IMG/VR virus record: IMGVR_UViG_3300010163_000012
Coordinates: 1 to 64,000 of that record
Source of the DNA: a virus
Lineage: Duplodnaviria > Caudoviricetes
Reading direction: 5' to 3' (one strand)
DNA: 64,000 nucleotides
The notes beneath the pieces are model-generated. The model did no database searches, was not told the DNA's origin, and saw only the letters and a program-made list of their open reading frames with translations. This document shows positions 59,168 through 64,000 of this stretch, one piece after another; the stretch's first letter is position 1, and the number at the start of each line of letters is the position of its first letter. The position numbers were made by a program, and so were the translations under genes.

Positions 59168-61699
59168 ATGGCAACGCCGGTTAAACTGGAGAAATACCAA
59201 ATACTCATAGCTCCTGATTCCAAGAAAATTCAGGGACTTAGAACAGGTGACATAGTACGTCGCCAATATTTTGACGGCATTAATGTCATCTATTCGCTTA
59301 TGTGCGTACTTGCTTACGGCACAACTAAGCGGTTTTCTACTGAAGCGCAATATGATTCAAACGATCAGCCTATATTGGATGCCAACGGTAAGATAGTCAC
59401 TCAGGATATAGAGCGTGATGTGCCGTATTTTATAGGTGCGTTACTGGAAGGCAATGCACCGCAGACTAAGGAGTTGCTTGATTTTGCACGTATTACTAAC
59501 CTCTTTGACGCTGACCGTTCAGGCGCACTTTATCTAACCGCTTCCGATTCCAATGCGCCGTTTATGGACGTGATAGACGGTGTAGGCCGCAATAAGAGTT
59601 TATGTTGGCCTGAGAATATCGCGAGTGAGGCATTTGAAGATTCGCACTCTCAATATATAGTTAGAGGTATTGGACTCTCCCAGCTATATAAAGGTAGTGT
59701 AGATGATAATAACCGTGTCATTCGCCTTACCCGAAATGTGGCAACAAATGATTTCAGTGGTCTCTGTCAAGATTTTTACGAATTGGTAGCGGCACAAAAG
59801 CGCGTGCTTATTTCTTATAAGGCTCGTGCAAACAAGAATGTGTCGGTAAATGCTGAGGTTGCTTACACCAATGGCGGTAATATAAAGGATGCAGAGTGGA
59901 CGGAGGATTTTACGGAAGATTGGCAATACATCTTCCAGTCTGTTACGGTAATCAATTCAGGTAGGCACCTTCGTACATTCAAGCTTGACCTCAAAAGTCT
60001 TGGGGTAAATGATTGGGTGGAGATTGCAGACTTTAATATTATATTGCTTGATAGCATTTCCAACTTCGGAGATGCTACATCAATGCGTATAGGCAAACTG
60101 GATGGGGTGGCTGACCCGGTATTTGGTAATTTGTCGGGCTATGGCGCATATATCCAAAAGCTATACGCCTCTCAGACCGCTCATATATCAGGAACGTTGA
60201 CTGCCGGTGATGAAAATGGGTTTGCTTCCACGTTCTATGCAGGTAAGATTCATCGGAACTGCTTCAAAAACTCTTGCGATGTCCGCTTTTTGACATCGAT
60301 ACAGATAGACAACACATCGCTCATTAATCCGACCGGAATGGGCAATGTGTACAAGACAATCACTTCCAGTGAGCTGATAATGTCGGTACAAGAGCGGGGT
60401 TGGCTCAACGCTCACATCGACAAGCGATACTGTTTTTCATTCTGGGCGTATGCTAAGAAGCCTTGCCAAATTGGCATTAAGCAGAATGGCAAGGTCATAG
60501 GTACGATTCAGATTGCTTCAGACCAGACACATGAATGGCGACGTTTACATCTTTTCTTTGATTTGTTGAAGCCTGATGCGGATAACGAAGAAATGCGAAT
60601 GAGCATTGTTCCAACGTTCTCCAATTCTCTCTATCAATCTGTTGCTGGTAGTGTTGATCCTGATGAGCAAGAATTATATATTACAGCTCCACAATTGGAA
60701 TCTGGCGAATATTGTACTCAGTATCAGCCAACTGATGACATACTGGATGAGACTGATGATTATGGTGCTTGGTTCGCTCGTGGTGGTATCGGTGGCACTA
60801 TTCAAAACCCTTTGCTTCGATTGAATTATGATGGTACCGGTGCGATAGACACGCGCACAAACTCTTTTAGGCTTAACCAGGATGGGTCTGGATATTTAGC
60901 CAATGAAAATATCAAATGGAATCAGGATGGCAAAGTGACATTTGGTAAAGATGTTACTCTCAACTGGGACAACCTCGGAAAGGACGCTCAGGATGAGATG
61001 GCGAACCGATATATGAGAATTGTTGGCGAGGATATGTTTACAATCATTGGTCAGGAAGATTCTGTTAACGGTAAGACGTGCAGTCCATCTTCAATAAAAC
61101 TTGAACTTGAAGAAGTTGGTTTCCAGTCCACATCAAGCCAACGTAAATGGTATTTGCTTATAGGCGATAACTGGGTTGAGATACCCGGAGCAAACGGAGC
61201 TTCGTTAGAGGTGTTCCCGGATTCATGTTATTGGTTAGGTTATGTTACAGACCCACCTAAGCAAGATGCGGACGGCAATACTATTACACATCACGGAGAA
61301 AGTCGCGTGACGTTCCGCTGTGTCATCAAACTCAACGATGCTCGAACTTATGCTGACACTTTTAATATCAGCAAGCAATACGTTCAGGGTTATACAGTGC
61401 AAGTAACATCCTCACAAGGTAATGCGTTCCAGAACGGAATATGCTCTACTATATTGACAGCCACGGTGTATTATCAAGGTCAGCCTGTCAATATAGAGTA
61501 TGCGTTGGAGCATTTCACATTTACTTGGCATCGGTATAAGAAAGATAACCTTACAACGGACCTTGGTTTTGAAGACCTTGATGTAACCGACGGGGATAAT
61601 GTGTTGACTTTGAATTATGATATGGATGGAACCGATGTCTTTGTCTGCGAGCTGGGTCTGGCTGACCATTTTGATTACTCATTTCCTATAATATTCTGA
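59168..61699 (+). CDS. Tail protein with carbohydrate-binding-like domains
   Basis: 843 aa; APQLESGEYCTQYQP and similar CBM-like signatures. Confidence 0.55.
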   Translation: MATPVKLEKYQILIAPDSKKIQGLRTGDIVRRQYFDGINVIYSLMCVLAYGTTKRFSTEAQYDSNDQPILDANGKIVTQDIERDVPYFIGALLEGNAPQTKELLDFARITNLFDADRSGALYLTASDSNAPFMDVIDGVGRNKSLCWPENIASEAFEDSHSQYIVRGIGLSQLYKGSVDDNNRVIRLTRNVATNDFSGLCQDFYELVAAQKRVLISYKARANKNVSVNAEVAYTNGGNIKDAEWTEDFTEDWQYIFQSVTVINSGRHLRTFKLDLKSLGVNDWVEIADFNIILLDSISNFGDATSMRIGKLDGVADPVFGNLSGYGAYIQKLYASQTAHISGTLTAGDENGFASTFYAGKIHRNCFKNSCDVRFLTSIQIDNTSLINPTGMGNVYKTITSSELIMSVQERGWLNAHIDKRYCFSFWAYAKKPCQIGIKQNGKVIGTIQIASDQTHEWRRLHLFFDLLKPDADNEEMRMSIVPTFSNSLYQSVAGSVDPDEQELYITAPQLESGEYCTQYQPTDDILDETDDYGAWFARGGIGGTIQNPLLRLNYDGTGAIDTRTNSFRLNQDGSGYLANENIKWNQDGKVTFGKDVTLNWDNLGKDAQDEMANRYMRIVGEDMFTIIGQEDSVNGKTCSPSSIKLELEEVGFQSTSSQRKWYLLIGDNWVEIPGANGASLEVFPDSCYWLGYVTDPPKQDADGNTITHHGESRVTFRCVIKLNDARTYADTFNISKQYVQGYTVQVTSSQGNAFQNGICSTILTATVYYQGQPVNIEYALEHFTFTWHRYKKDNLTTDLGFEDLDVTDGDNVLTLNYDMDGTDVFVCELGLADHFDYSFPIIF

Positions 61700-61700
61700 T

Positions 61701-61922
61701 ATGGCTATTTCAAATCTTCAAATAGGCGCAAAGACATCAAATCAAGGTGTCAACGCTTCAGGCAAATTGACCGCTGCGGAGTTTAATCAATTAATCATAA
61801 AGGTGAACGAAATGATTGATACTCTTAATAATACGGTTTATATCACTCAGGATGAATATGATGCACTGGTAACAGCCGATACTATAAATCCTGATGTGGA
61901 ATACAATATTTACGAAGAATGA
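61701..61922 (+). CDS. Small tail-fibre-associated protein
   Basis: LTAAEFN and ITQDEYDAL motifs. Confidence 0.6.
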   Translation: MAISNLQIGAKTSNQGVNASGKLTAAEFNQLIIKVNEMIDTLNNTVYITQDEYDALVTADTINPDVEYNIYEE

Positions 61923-62098
61923 TTACACGCAACGGCATTGATTTAACTGCCAGATATTATGGTAAGAAAGCTATTACAGCGGTTTATCGCGGTACTCGGT
62001 TGATATGGGAGGCTGTGAATAGCTGCTTTGGTAGCGGATATTGGGTGCGCGAGAAAGCGTGGAGTCAGACAGACGCATGGAGACATTTTAATAATTAA
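61919..62098 (+). CDS. 59-aa tail-associated protein (below track cutoff)
   Basis: Manual translation MITRNGIDLTARYYGKKAITAVYRGTRLIWEAVNSCFGSGYW...; ATGA overlap. Confidence 0.65.
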   Translation: MITRNGIDLTARYYGKKAITAVYRGTRLIWEAVNSCFGSGYWVREKAWSQTDAWRHFNN

Positions 62099-62103
62099 CT
62101 AAT

Positions 62104-64000
62104 ATGGCAAAAAGAATCATTATCAAAAGTGACATCCCGTCGATAGAAGTACCGTGGGATGACGGCACCAAAGCCTATGATGGTGCCGCAGTGGAGCGAT
62201 TCATCAAGAGCCAGCTGTCCTCGAAAATCGGGTATATCATTATTCCACAGGACAAAGACACCGATGGCTATTATCACATTTGGGGCTTTACAGACCAAGC
62301 GGCATATAACGATTATATGACCGATCCAGATGCGGAGGCTGCAAAACGACTGCTCAATGTCGCTATCCCTCTTCTTGAAGAGCAGGGCGGTGTCAGCAAT
62401 ATCGTAACGCTCACTCGTAATTCTGCGGCAACGCTTGTGACCAGTAAACCGATTGCAAGCGTGAATGTGTCGTATCTATGGCAACAGTACAACCCTATTA
62501 CGAAGGAAACGACTGATCAGGATGAAGATGCGACTATCGTTGTTTCGTGCCGGACACAAAACGCAAGTGGCGTTTGGGGGTCATGGGATTCCAGCAAGGA
62601 GTTCACGGTAAATATCCAGTCTGGTCAGACCAAGATTATTGACCTGAGTTCAATCCTTACATCTGATGCTACATACCAGGTTCGATTAGTGGCAACCGGT
62701 GAAACGAGCGGTATATCTGCCAGCCCAGTAACAATGTCAATCGTATATTCAAATGTGGAAGCCAATTACGAAGGTTCGATTGCAACCGCCTACAAGGGGA
62801 ATACCATCCAGCTCCCATTTCGTATCTCCGGCAGTGTGCAAAAACAGCTTCGTATAAAAATCAATGGTTACACGAAGAATTTTACGCTCGGCACTACTAC
62901 TTACACCGACAACACCTATGGAGCATCACTTACTCAGGCTGAGTTTGACCTGCTTCGTGGTGCGGTAAAAGCAGAGGCATGGGTTGCTTTTGGTGAAGGA
63001 TATTCCGCAGAAACAGAACGTCAGGAGTTCCAGTTCATCTATATCCCTGAAGGCGATACTAATATGTCGCCTATCCTCGCTGTTACGGATATTATGGATG
63101 AGTTTCAAAACTGGACTCGCGCAACTATCTTCCGTTATGCGATATTTAATCCGGCTGGGAATACCACTCCATTGCGTTTAACCCTTCAGGATCGTGATAC
63201 GGGTCAAGTTTATATTCAAAAGGAACAAGAGTGCATCAACGGAGAAAGTTATGCGTTTGACGAGAACTTCTCAATGGAATACGATGGTGATGAGCAGCCT
63301 AATATCATCAACGCTCAGGCTATATTTACCAATTTATCCGGTGTGCCCTATGGTAACAACATCAACTTTATAGTTGACAATTCAGAGAACTTTGCTCCGA
63401 CACGTGGGGCAAACGTCGTGCTGTCGGCTGAGACACGAAAAATCAATGTTAATGGCACAAGTTATCAGCTCAACGACTTGTTGACAAACCCTGATGATAC
63501 TAACACCGGCTGGAAGTATAATCAAGAAACCGATGCAACCGGGCGCGAAGTCAGTGTTCCGGTTCTCAGTATCGGAGCCGGAAATCGCTTGAAACTCCCT
63601 GAAGAACTATTCGATGACAATACCGGTCACAATATTGGAGGGCTGGAGGGGTCTATTACTATTGAGTTTGACCTCAAAGTGAAGAATATTGTAGGAGAAT
63701 CCGCTGTCATCGATGCTTCGGCACCGTTCAATGGCGTTTATACCGGTCTGAAGTTCTATCCTACTCGTGCCGTATGCCTTAGCCGTAACAACTTTACGGA
63801 GGATATTTGTGATGCGCACTTCCAGGAGGAGGTACGTGAACATATCGCAATCAACATCATCCGTAATCTCCGTGGCGAAGGGCTGAATCTTGTTCGTATC
63901 TACGTTAACGGTAAGGCTAACCGTGAGTTCATCTATACCGATGACGATTACTTTACTCCTATCGGCGCAAAGGGCGCACAAGAAATTATAATCGGTTCAG
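62104..64000 (+). CDS. Large tail fibre/structural protein (runs off the right edge)
   Basis: ATG 62104 MAKRIIIKSDIPSIEVPWDD...; appears open to the window end; LamG/ConA-like pattern near the end (ITIEFDLKV...RIYVNG). Confidence 0.7.
   Translation, partial: MAKRIIIKSDIPSIEVPWDDGTKAYDGAAVERFIKSQLSSKIGYIIIPQDKDTDGYYHIWGFTDQAAYNDYMTDPDAEAAKRLLNVAIPLLEEQGGVSNIVTLTRNSAATLVTSKPIASVNVSYLWQQYNPITKETTDQDEDATIVVSCRTQNASGVWGSWDSSKEFTVNIQSGQTKIIDLSSILTSDATYQVRLVATGETSGISASPVTMSIVYSNVEANYEGSIATAYKGNTIQLPFRISGSVQKQLRIKINGYTKNFTLGTTTYTDNTYGASLTQAEFDLLRGAVKAEAWVAFGEGYSAETERQEFQFIYIPEGDTNMSPILAVTDIMDEFQNWTRATIFRYAIFNPAGNTTPLRLTLQDRDTGQVYIQKEQECINGESYAFDENFSMEYDGDEQPNIINAQAIFTNLSGVPYGNNINFIVDNSENFAPTRGANVVLSAETRKINVNGTSYQLNDLLTNPDDTNTGWKYNQETDATGREVSVPVLSIGAGNRLKLPEELFDDNTGHNIGGLEGSITIEFDLKVKNIVGESAVIDASAPFNGVYTGLKFYPTRAVCLSRNNFTEDICDAHFQEEVREHIAINIIRNLRGEGLNLVRIYVNGKANREFIYTDDDYFTPIGAKGAQEIIIGS

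Noticed and set aside
1-64000. tRNA or rRNA genes
   Set aside because: No cloverleaf or rRNA-like sequence recognised by eye; tRNAscan-SE would be needed to exclude them.

Overview
A 64-kb segment of a large contractile-tailed (myovirus-type) phage or prophage of a Bacteroidota host, inferred from TAnnTTTG promoters and DUF4494/DUF2586-like genes. Positions 1-40.2 kb are almost all on the minus strand. They carry RNase H, a radical SAM protein, a frameshifted RtcB, a Tad2-like fusion, a C5 DNA methyltransferase, a reverse transcriptase, a DGR-type target gene, many small acidic ORFs, a GC-rich repeat island (27-31 kb), a putative replication initiator with internal iterons, a tyrosine recombinase, LigA and dUTPase. 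Positions 40.4-64 kb are the plus-strand virion module, from portal through tail fibres. The main discovery is at 12989-14336, directly after the stop codon of a 426-aa RT that lacks the usual DGR and retron signature motifs. It is a non-coding tandem array of eight ~156-181-bp units. Each unit has a covarying closing inverted repeat, a conserved 16-nt motif (CTWTAWNNGWWTCGAT) and a long bulged hairpin of unique sequence, suggesting an RT with an array of retron-like template modules. Other notable items are a predicted -1 ribosomal frameshift fusing the portal to the MuF-like head protein, a 21-bp-phased TGG-N4-CCA array, an orphan DGR variable repeat with its hairpin, and a candidate phage late promoter. 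All product calls come from motif recognition by eye; no database search was run.
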